Positions 1 to 6,815 of a stretch of 32,000 nucleotides of DNA are shown here, in pieces. The stretch comes from Megasphaera elsdenii DSM 20460 (GTDB taxonomy: Bacteria > Bacillota > Negativicutes > Veillonellales > Megasphaeraceae). The notes beneath the pieces were generated by a model. It was not told the DNA's origin and did not search any database. It was given only the letters and a program-made list of their open reading frames with translations. Both the position numbers and the translations under genes were made by a program. Within the stretch, counting starts at the first letter, position 1, and each line of letters opens with the position of its first letter. Location: assembly GCF_003010495.1 (NCBI RefSeq), contig NZ_CP027570.1, positions 1,080,001-1,112,000 of the forward strand, in the 5' to 3' direction.

Positions 1-1
1 A

Positions 2-610
2 GAGGGAATCAATCTCCTGTCGTTTGGCGAAATGGGCATTGGCAATACGACGACGTCAGCAGCTGTTCTCACCGCCTTGTCTCCGAAAAAGATGTCCTGG
101 CTGACCGGTTTTGGTTCGGCCCGGGGTAATTATAAACTGCTCTTCCACAAGCGGCGCGTCATTGCTGCAGCTATCAAAGCCTATGAAAAAGAACTCCAGA
201 CACCGGCCGATGCCCTGCGCTGCGTCGGCGGCTTTGATTTGGCGTCACTCTGCGGTGCTATGATGGCCTGTGTTGATGAAAAAATACCTTTTTATATCGA
301 CGGCTTCATTACGGCGACGGCCCTGGCCTGTGCCATTGCCATGAAACCTGCCGTCCGCGATTATGCCTTGCCGTCCCATATTTCCCGGGAGCCCGGCATG
401 GCTCAGGCCCTGCGCCTGTGCGGCATCGATGAATACGAAGTCCCCATCCAGGCGGGCCTCTCATTGGGGGAAGGGACAGGGGCCGTCTTAGGCGTCACTC
501 TCATGAAGACTATGATGTATGCCGTCTGTCACATGGCGACCCTGGACGGCATCAACCAGGAAGCTCAGGACCGCTACGACCGCCGAAAAGGAGATGAAAC
601 GAATGGATGA
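2..610 (+). CDS. cobT: nicotinate-nucleotide--dimethylbenzimidazole phosphoribosyltransferase, C-terminal part (5' end lies outside the window)
   Basis: The frame is open from base 2. The translation reads ..SFGEMGIGNTT.. (CobT signature), then ..SHISREPG.. and ..LSLGEGTGA.., as in CobT C-termini. Confidence 0.8.
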   Translation, partial: EGINLLSFGEMGIGNTTTSAAVLTALSPKKMSWLTGFGSARGNYKLLFHKRRVIAAAIKAYEKELQTPADALRCVGGFDLASLCGAMMACVDEKIPFYIDGFITATALACAIAMKPAVRDYALPSHISREPGMAQALRLCGIDEYEVPIQAGLSLGEGTGAVLGVTLMKTMMYAVCHMATLDGINQEAQDRYDRRKGDETNG

Positions 611-797
611 AGAAACGAGAGAAAAAGCCCGGGCCATCTTTGAACGCCTGGGACTGACAGAAGAACAAGCGGTAGAACTCTTTTATAAGCGGACCATTGC
701 CGCCGGAAAAATGCCCTTTGCCGCAGGCGAACCGGAAGCCAAGAAAATCAAGAAGAAACGCATGAACGAACGCTTCGCCGAATGGGATGCTTTTTGA
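603..797 (+). CDS. small RelB/DinJ-like (ribbon-helix-helix antitoxin-like) protein, 64 aa
   Basis: ATG at 603 lies 9 nt after AAAGGAG (587-593). The translation MDEETREKARAIFERLGLTEEQAVELFYKRTIAAGKMPF resembles the DinJ/RelB N-terminal domain (..LGL..........LPF). It overlaps the cobT stop by 8 nt. No toxin ORF follows. Confidence 0.45.
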   Translation: MDEETREKARAIFERLGLTEEQAVELFYKRTIAAGKMPFAAGEPEAKKIKKKRMNERFAEWDAF

Positions 798-798
798 C

Positions 799-958
799 GG
801 ACCGCAGAAGCTCAATTCGTGCAGTCATCTTCGCTTGTCTTTGCCGGGCTGGCTGCGTCGAAAAGCCTCGACAGAGCCCCGCTATGCCTGCGTTTTTCTC
901 CTTGCCAGCCTGACAAATCCGGCGCGGATCTGACCGCGTCATTGAGCTCCTGAGGTCC
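799..958. repeat. about 160-nt long imperfect palindrome (possible structured RNA or REP/MITE-like element)
   Basis: Hand pairing gives 799-816 (GGACCGCAGAAGCTCAAT) with 941-958 (ATTGAGCTCCTGAGGTCC), 821-827 with 931-937, 835-839 with 912-916, and 847-853 with 904-910. An apical hairpin lies at 857-872. No credible ORF is present. Confidence 0.4.
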
Positions 959-1059
959 GAAAGGCTCTCCTGCGAAGGGGAGCTGGCCGCCGAAGGCGGA
1001 CTGAGGGGTTCTTGAATGTACGAACCGCTTTTAATTATTTTTACGAAAGAAGGGATTTT

Positions 1060-2070
1060 ATGAAGTATCCATTATTGCATGAAACGCTGAAAGTTGGCTC
1101 CATTGTTTTAAAGAACCGCCTGGTCATGCCGCCGATGGCGACGGAAAAGTCGGCGAAAGGCCAGGTAACGGATGGCCTGATTGCCTATTATGGCGACATG
1201 GCCCGCAGCGGCCCGGGGCTGATCATCCAGGAACACAGTTTCGTTTCGCCTGACGGCCGGGCCAGTGCCAACCAGGTGTCGCTGGCGGCTGATGCGGATA
1301 TTCCCGGTCTGCAGCGCCTGACGGCGGCTGTCCATGCGCAGGGCGTGCCGATTCTGGCACAGATCAGCCATGCCGGCAGTGCAGCCCATCGGGCTATTAC
1401 CGGCCAGGAAGTCATCAGTGCCAGTGCTGTTCCCAATCCGTCACGGGCCGCTGCGGTCCACGGTCAGCCAGAATTTCCCCGGGAAATGACGCAAGGCGAT
1501 ATCCAGTGCATCATCCAGGCCTTTGTCGATGCCGCTGCCCGGGCACAGCAGGCCGGTTACGATGGCGTGGAAATCCATTCAGCCCATGGCTATCTGCTGG
1601 ACCAGTTCTATTCGCCGTTGACGAATCGGCGGACCGATGATTATACGGGCCGTACCCTGGAAGGGCGGACGCGGCTTCAGGTTGAAATCATTCAGGCTAT
1701 CCGCCGTCGCCTGGGGAAAGATTTTGTCCTTTCCCTGCGCTTAGGCGGCAGTGATTACATGGATGGCGGCGCTGTCTGTGCAGAAGTCGGCCAAGCCGCG
1801 AAGCTTTTTGAAGCTGCCGGCCTCGATATGCTCAGCCTTTCTGGCGGCATGAGCTTCTTCTTCCGTCCAGGTCATACGGAAGCGGGATACTTTGCCGAAC
1901 TGGCAGAAGCGGCTAAAACGGGGACGACCCTTCCCGTCATGCTGACTGGCGGCATTGCTGACGGCGCTGAAGCGGAAACCTTCCTGGAAAAAGGCCAGGC
2001 TGACCTCATCGGCATCGGACGGGCAGCACTCCGGGACCACCAGATTTACCAAAAAATCTTGTCAATGTGA
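1060..2070 (+). CDS. NADH:flavin oxidoreductase, Old Yellow Enzyme family
   Basis: ATG at 1060 follows GAAAGAAGGGA. The N-terminus ..LKNRLVMPPMAT.., then ..AQISHAGS.. and ..GYDGVEIHSAHGYLLDQFYSPLTNRRTDDYTG.. are OYE/NamA-type motifs. Confidence 0.85.
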   Translation: MKYPLLHETLKVGSIVLKNRLVMPPMATEKSAKGQVTDGLIAYYGDMARSGPGLIIQEHSFVSPDGRASANQVSLAADADIPGLQRLTAAVHAQGVPILAQISHAGSAAHRAITGQEVISASAVPNPSRAAAVHGQPEFPREMTQGDIQCIIQAFVDAAARAQQAGYDGVEIHSAHGYLLDQFYSPLTNRRTDDYTGRTLEGRTRLQVEIIQAIRRRLGKDFVLSLRLGGSDYMDGGAVCAEVGQAAKLFEAAGLDMLSLSGGMSFFFRPGHTEAGYFAELAEAAKTGTTLPVMLTGGIADGAEAETFLEKGQADLIGIGRAALRDHQIYQKILSM

Positions 2071-3477
2071 CGTATACATTTGCATTAAATCAATAGGCAT
2101 GATAGCTTCTTCTTTTTGATGGGTCAGGATCCAATCAGAAAAACCACTTTTTGAAAAAAGCAGATACTGGACGGTTCGATAATGATGGTCTATAAGTCCT
2201 GTGCGGTTGCGCAAAGCTTCATAGACGGATTTGTCGAGCCGTTCATTTTTAAATTTACATTCTCCTAGAATGGCTTCTTTTTTTATGGTATCCAAGCCGA
2301 CAACGTCAATATCCGTTTCTTCTTTCTTTCGGGGGTCCGTTCCCCACCATTTGCCCACACGGGTTATCATACAAGGAAGATTTCCTGTCAATCCCATATA
2401 TAAAGTATAGTGGCGGCACATATCTTCAAAGACGTCGCCCATATAATCTGAAATACTTGGTTTTACGACATGTTGATAATATGCGTCGCCGTGACCGAGT
2501 TCAATGGCATCAATGCCATTTGGCAGAAAGCGGTACCAGAAGCGGAACATGTGATCGGCAAAAGTATAGCGGACTTTGCGCTTATTCCGTTCATCAGTAA
2601 TAGCATATTCTTTTTTTAAGATTCCTGTTTTAATAAGATTTTGTATGGCATGACTTGTCGTAGATGGCTCTAAATGGGTGAGGTCTGCAATCGCATTTTG
2701 TTTCGTTCGTCCTGATGCAATAGCTTCGATAATGGCGTTATATGTCGTAATATTGCGAAATTCTTGTGTCAGCAGATTGGATGGCTCTTCATACATATAA
2801 CCGGTTTTTGCGAAGAATAAGCTGACTATATTTTCGTCTAAAGATTTCGTATCCCGCAGTAAGGATAAGTATTTTGCGACACCACCCGTAATCCCGTAAC
2901 ATACGGCTTTTTCAGCGGGCGTATAGGAGGAAACGAAATCAGCAGCTTCGCGATAAGAAAACGGTTTGACCTGTAATTGGGCTGTCCGCCTGCCGAAAAG
3001 AGGACTTTTTTCGCTCAATACTTCTTCTTCCATGAAGCTGATAGAGGAGCCGCAAAGAATCAAATACATATTTCCTTGCATCCATTCGGTGTCGATATAT
3101 TTTTGTAATATGGATAATAGTTCTGGAGCTTGTTCTGCAAGATAAGGGAACTCATCGATAATGAAAATAATGCGTTCTTCCTGGCATTTGTTGGAGAGAA
3201 AAGCGAATAACTCTTCATACGTTGAAAAGGTTAACGTATTTAAGTCAGGAGCCAAGACGTCAAGGACTCGCCGGCTCAAGAGTTGTAAATTCCGTTGGAG
3301 ACCATTGCGGGCTGCCGTGTAAAAGATAGCTTTTTTTCCTCGGATAAAATGACTAAGTAACGTGGATTTACCAATGCGCCGACGTCCGTAAACGACCATC
3401 ATTTGGAATCCCTCTGTTTCATATAGTTTTTCTAGAGCATCTAGCTCTTCTTTTCTGCCAATAAATGGTTGATACAT
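2062..3477 (-). CDS. AAA+ ATPase (archaeal-ATPase-like) with wHTH and a C-terminal DUF234 / PD-(D/E)xK-like domain
   Basis: Start MYQPFIGRKEEL follows AAGGAGGG. Walker A is GRRRIGKST and Walker B is IIFIIDEFPYL. The C-terminus DIDVVGLD..ILGECKF has a D..ExK nuclease-like motif. The gene is strongly AT-rich compared with its neighbours. Confidence 0.8.
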   Translation of the reverse strand: MYQPFIGRKEELDALEKLYETEGFQMMVVYGRRRIGKSTLLSHFIRGKKAIFYTAARNGLQRNLQLLSRRVLDVLAPDLNTLTFSTYEELFAFLSNKCQEERIIFIIDEFPYLAEQAPELLSILQKYIDTEWMQGNMYLILCGSSISFMEEEVLSEKSPLFGRRTAQLQVKPFSYREAADFVSSYTPAEKAVCYGITGGVAKYLSLLRDTKSLDENIVSLFFAKTGYMYEEPSNLLTQEFRNITTYNAIIEAIASGRTKQNAIADLTHLEPSTTSHAIQNLIKTGILKKEYAITDERNKRKVRYTFADHMFRFWYRFLPNGIDAIELGHGDAYYQHVVKPSISDYMGDVFEDMCRHYTLYMGLTGNLPCMITRVGKWWGTDPRKKEETDIDVVGLDTIKKEAILGECKFKNERLDKSVYEALRNRTGLIDHHYRTVQYLLFSKSGFSDWILTHQKEEAIMPIDLMQMYTSH

Positions 3478-3492
3478 AAAGATTCCCTCCTT

Positions 3493-3548
3493 TTTAATTG
3501 AAATATAATTCATTGAAACATAATTCATTGAATTATATTTCAATTAAA
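3493..3548 (-). promoter_or_regulatory. 20-bp perfect inverted repeat (16-nt spacer) between the predicted -10 and the RBS of the ATPase gene; operator or 5'-UTR hairpin
   Basis: 3493-3512 is the exact reverse complement of 3529-3548. ATAATTCATTGAA also occurs twice in direct orientation (3505-3517 and 3520-3532). A minus-strand extended -10 TGgTATAAT sits at 3548-3556. Confidence 0.6.
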
Positions 3549-3613
3549 TTATACCATAAAAATAGAGCCATCGCACGCTGTCATCATGCGAGACTCCTTT
3601 TTCTTAAATGTCT

Positions 3614-3700
3614 GAAGTTTGATGTATGATGTTTGAGGCGGTGGCTTTTAAATTTTGTCCCATCCACATCAAACTTTCAACTTCAAACTTCAAACTCAAA
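3614..3700. repeat. heptamer-array inverted repeat element, copy 1 (GANGTTT repeats facing ACNTCAA repeats)
   Basis: The left array is GAAGTTT GATGTAT GATGTTT GAGGCGG (3614-3641). The right array is ACATCAA ACTTTCA ACTTCAA ACTTCAA ACTCAAA (3666-3700). The central spacer contains AAATTT. Confidence 0.7.
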
Positions 3701-3734
3701 AAGGGCTTGTCGTCATGCGACAAGCCCTTTTTTA
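3697..3734. terminator. bidirectional intrinsic terminator
   Basis: AAGGGCTTGTCG (3701-3712) pairs with CGACAAGCCCTT (3718-3729). An A-run lies upstream and a T-run downstream. It sits directly 3' of the minus-strand gene that ends at 3732. Confidence 0.8.
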
Positions 3735-4853
3735 TTTACTTATCATGTCATCCGGAGCGAATCCGGTGCGGTCGGCATAATCGCCTTCCAGGATTTGGAT
3801 GGGGACGAAGCCGTTCTTGTCTTTGTCACCGGTGATCTGGATACGTGTCGGCTTGGCAAAGACCAGGATTTTATCGGACCGGACGAGGGACCGGATGGTT
3901 TCCATATCGCGGTCGTGGCTGGCCTTGAGGAAGGTGGGTATCGTCGTTTCGTCGGGGATGACGTAGGTCCCGCGCATCATGAGGTAGCGGCCGCTGCTCG
4001 AAGGCAGGCGCGTCTTTTCCTGCTGCGCTTCTTTTTCGGAATCGCTCAGTTCCGGGACGCCGCTCGTCGAATAGCGGGAGAAGTTGACATTGGACTGCGC
4101 GGCTTCACCATAACGGTGGACATAATAAATGGTGATGAACAGGCAGAAGATGACGAAGGGCAGGAATAGCATTTTGGTGTAATACGTCAGTTTGGCATAT
4201 TTTGCCTCTTTCTGCTCCCGTGCTTCCCGTTCTTCCCGCGTCTCGACGACTTCTTCTGGCTGCCCTTGCAAGGCGCCAGCCAGGATAGCCGATAAAGGGA
4301 TACCGTAGCTGGAAATGGGATAGAGGTTTTCCAGCCAGCTCAGACCACAGATGCAGGCCATAGCCCGGCTCAGGGCATTGTCCATATCGACGGGAATCTT
4401 CATGCGGTGCAGAATCGACGATAAGGAGTCGTTGGCCAAGTTGGGCATATACGTCGAAGCCAGGAATTTCAAGTCCCTGATGTAGACATCCTTCAGGGGC
4501 AGTTCCCGTCCTGATGCTTCGTAGCTGGCCTTGATGGCTGGGAAGAGCCGTTCCGAGCGGTAGGCAGAGAGGACGGCGTCTTTGAGGAGAAAGGCAATGT
4601 CTTCATCCCAGACGACGTCGAAAGGCTTGCTGTCAGCCAGCATGTCTTCGGTCAGGTTATGTGCTTGGACCGGCCCTTCGCGGGGCTTGATAAAATAGGA
4701 AATGCCGTGGACGTTGCCGTCACTGATCCAGGCCAATGCCAGGCGGCAGATACTGTTTAAGTTGTCGTTGGCCAGGTCGGCTGCGATGGCAATGGATGCA
4801 TTGACTTTTCGCCGGCGCAGTGATTCCAGCGCCTTTTGTGTATTCGTATCCAT
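3732..4853 (-). CDS. hypothetical single-pass membrane protein; the N-terminal domain resembles a DEDD 3'-5' exonuclease fold lacking catalytic residues
   Basis: GGAGGA RBS precedes the ATG. The pattern ..NLTEDMLADSKPFDVVWDEDIAFLLKDAVLSAYRSE.. parallels DnaQ-like HGIT..ML....F.EV...F..FL....LVAHNA.FD. The DxE, HNAxFD and HxxxxD positions read DLA, YRSERL and NALSRAMA. A TM helix MLFLPFVIFCLFITIYYV lies mid-protein. Confidence 0.65.
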   Translation of the reverse strand: MDTNTQKALESLRRRKVNASIAIAADLANDNLNSICRLALAWISDGNVHGISYFIKPREGPVQAHNLTEDMLADSKPFDVVWDEDIAFLLKDAVLSAYRSERLFPAIKASYEASGRELPLKDVYIRDLKFLASTYMPNLANDSLSSILHRMKIPVDMDNALSRAMACICGLSWLENLYPISSYGIPLSAILAGALQGQPEEVVETREEREAREQKEAKYAKLTYYTKMLFLPFVIFCLFITIYYVHRYGEAAQSNVNFSRYSTSGVPELSDSEKEAQQEKTRLPSSSGRYLMMRGTYVIPDETTIPTFLKASHDRDMETIRSLVRSDKILVFAKPTRIQITGDKDKNGFVPIQILEGDYADRTGFAPDDMISK

Positions 4854-4880
4854 GGCAGGTATCCTCCGTGAATCGACTGA

Positions 4881-5801
4881 TTAACGGCCGCGCTGTTTAT
4901 AATAAGGGCGGAAGGTGCGCCGCGGTCGTTTCGGTGCCTGTTTGAGCTTGAAGTAGTTGTGTTTGACTGTGCGGTTCTTTTCGTCCGTGAAGGTGTTGAC
5001 GTCAAAGAGTTTCAGCGATTCGATGAAGGGGACGAATTTCTTATAGCCGAAATTGCGGACGTCGAAGTCGGAGAACTGCTTGCTCAGGAGATTTCCCAGG
5101 GTGCCCGAGAAAATCCAGCCGTTGTCATCGGAGTTTTCTTCGGTCAACTTGATCAAAGCCTGGCGGATCGTAGAAAAATCTTTGCCCGGCGTCTTGCCAT
5201 GCGCCGTCGGTGATTCCGGCGGTGTCAACGTATGGATGGGAGCCGGTCCTACTGGATGGGCTGCCGGAGTTTCCCCTTTTTCTGCTTTATGGCTGGCCGT
5301 TTCCTGAGACGGTGTTTCGTCGTGCCCTTCGTTTTCCTGGACTTCGGATTCGTGTTCTTCTGCTTCTTCCCAAAGGACATCGAGATAGAGGAACTTATTG
5401 CATGCCGAGATGAAGGAACGGGGTGTCTTGCTTTCGCCCATGCCCAGGACGTATTTCTGCGATTCCCGCAGGCGCGAGGCCAGACGGGTGAAATCGCTGT
5501 CTGACGAAACGATGCAGAAGCCGTCGAGATTGCTCTGGTACAATAAATCCATCGTGTCGATGATGAGGGCCGAGTCCGACGAATTTTTGCGGATCGTGTT
5601 GCTGTACTGCTGGACGGGCTGGATGGCGTTATCTAAAATGGTGTTGCGCCACGACGCCATCTGGGGCGTCGTCCAGTTGCCGTAAATGCGTTTGTAGATG
5701 ACATCGCCGAGATTGTTCGCTTCAGATAAGATGACGTCGATGTATTTGCTGGAAATATTTTCGGCGTCGATGAGGACGGCGAGTTTCATTTCTTGATTCA
5801 T
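4881..5801 (-). CDS. NYN (LabA-like) domain protein with C-terminal OST-HTH/LOTUS domain
   Basis: AVLIDAENI and IVSSDSDFTRLASRLRE are NYN/LabA motifs. An acidic, Pro-rich linker follows. Then ..DNGWIFSGTLGNLLSKQFSDFDVRNFGYKKFVPFIES.. matches the OST-HTH pattern. AGAGG RBS. Confidence 0.8.
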   Translation of the reverse strand: MNQEMKLAVLIDAENISSKYIDVILSEANNLGDVIYKRIYGNWTTPQMASWRNTILDNAIQPVQQYSNTIRKNSSDSALIIDTMDLLYQSNLDGFCIVSSDSDFTRLASRLRESQKYVLGMGESKTPRSFISACNKFLYLDVLWEEAEEHESEVQENEGHDETPSQETASHKAEKGETPAAHPVGPAPIHTLTPPESPTAHGKTPGKDFSTIRQALIKLTEENSDDNGWIFSGTLGNLLSKQFSDFDVRNFGYKKFVPFIESLKLFDVNTFTDEKNRTVKHNYFKLKQAPKRPRRTFRPYYKQRGR

Positions 5802-5833
5802 AATTTGATTACCTCTGTTTACATTACTTTTTT

Positions 5834-5867
5834 ATTATATCATCAACTGCTGAGACTGTGCTATAAT
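5834..5867. promoter_or_regulatory. back-to-back extended -10 promoters (minus TGaTATAAT at 5834-5842 for the NYN operon; plus TGcTATAAT at 5859-5867 for the EamA gene)
   Basis: Hexamers and TG dinucleotides were read directly. The -35 boxes are weak. Confidence 0.4.
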
Positions 5868-5933
5868 AAAACCAGGGCTCGAACGAAGGCGTTTATCCTT
5901 CGCCAGGCCTATTTTTTTTAGAAGGTGGTACAG

Positions 5934-6815
5934 ATGAAAATAGAACGTATGGCGCCTCTTTGCGTCGTCGCAGCGGGTATCTGCTGGGGCATCATCGGCT
6001 TGTTTACCCGCCAGCTGTCGGCGTATGGATTGTCGCCGCTGCAGATTACTTTTGGCCGTTCCCTGGTGACGGCTGTCGTCATGACTGGCCTCATCCTCTG
6101 CCGGTATCCGGAGAGACTGCGCATTGCCTGGCGCGATGCCTGGATGTTCCTGGGGACCGGCCTGGGGAGCATCGTCTTCTTCAATATCTGCTATTTTACA
6201 GCCATCGAATTGACGACGTTGTCTGTCGCGGCCATTTTGCTCTATACCGCGCCGAGCATCGTCATGGTGTTTTCCATCTTCCTCTTTCATGAACGATTTA
6301 CGCGGCGCAAGGGGTTATGCCTGGTCCTGGCCTTTGCCGGCTGTGTCCTGGTCAGCGGCCTGGGCCTGGGCCATGTCGAGGCCGCTGGCATCCTGGCCGG
6401 CCTGGGGAGCGGTTTCGGCTATGCCCTTTATTCCGTCTTCGGCCATTATGCGCTGGCCAAATATGAACCGCTGACGGTTACGGTCTGGACCTTCATCATC
6501 GCATCCCTGGGGCTCCTGCCCTTCTGTCATTTCGGCATGATGGCGTCCCTGGCCATATCGGTGCCTTATACGGGGCTTCTCTTTGCCCTCCTGGGGCTGA
6601 TGTCGACGGCTTTGCCCTTTGGTCTCTATACGACCGGCCTCCAGCATATGGAAGCGGGCCGGGCCTCTATCCTGGCGTCTGTCGAACCCTTGACGTCGAC
6701 GGTCGTGGGCATCGCCGTTTTCCATGAAGCTCTGACCTTGACGGGAGCCGCCGGCATCGTCTGTATTCTGGGAGCGGTCATACTCTTGGCGAAAAAAGAG
6801 AAGCCTAGCGGATAA
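5934..6815 (+). CDS. EamA/DMT family transporter
   Basis: ATG at 5934 follows GAAGGTGG. The protein has about ten hydrophobic segments in a two-fold EamA-like repeat (..AAGICWGIIGLFTR.. and ..GSGFGYALYSVF..). Confidence 0.8.
   Translation: MKIERMAPLCVVAAGICWGIIGLFTRQLSAYGLSPLQITFGRSLVTAVVMTGLILCRYPERLRIAWRDAWMFLGTGLGSIVFFNICYFTAIELTTLSVAAILLYTAPSIVMVFSIFLFHERFTRRKGLCLVLAFAGCVLVSGLGLGHVEAAGILAGLGSGFGYALYSVFGHYALAKYEPLTVTVWTFIIASLGLLPFCHFGMMASLAISVPYTGLLFALLGLMSTALPFGLYTTGLQHMEAGRASILASVEPLTSTVVGIAVFHEALTLTGAAGIVCILGAVILLAKKEKPSG

Noticed and set aside
1012-1059. 5' extensions of track ORFs. Examples: 1012 (OYE), 3543 (ATPase), 9300 (murP), 10234 (murQ), 13687 (TPR), 17017 (exonuclease), 17911 (metQ), 23323 (amidohydrolase), 28099 (HAD), 30378 (zur).
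   Set aside because: In each case an internal ATG has a proper SD and gives the canonical family N-terminus or signal peptide. The extensions run across terminators, leaders or neighbouring genes.
3614-3700. Possibility that the heptamer arrays are a CRISPR array or ordinary microsatellites.
   Set aside because: The repeat unit is only 7 nt with no spacers, and there are no cas genes. The arrays occur as inverted pairs with a fixed relation to terminators, which is unlike CRISPR or simple slippage tracts.
3633-4169. Long ORFs antisense to, or overlapping, confidently assigned genes. Examples: 3633-4169 +, 6315-7010 -, 7910-8560 -, 9272-10165 +, 10459-11031 -, 11038-11745 -, 13043-13570 +, 16376-16906 +, 17477-18232 +, 18512-19093 -, 20075-20761 +, 27792-28685 +, 31133-31804 +.
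   Set aside because: Their translations are Arg/Gly/Ala/Pro-rich or otherwise low in information and carry no recognisable motifs. They lack SD sequences. They lie opposite genes with clear family signatures. Such ORFs are typical stop-codon-poor shadow frames in GC-rich DNA.
5873-5919. Hairpin CGAAGG-N7-CCTTCG followed by T8 in the EamA leader as a transcription attenuator.
   Set aside because: The 6-bp stem is separated from the T-run by 8 unpaired nucleotides and is weak. It does not meet the usual intrinsic-terminator geometry.
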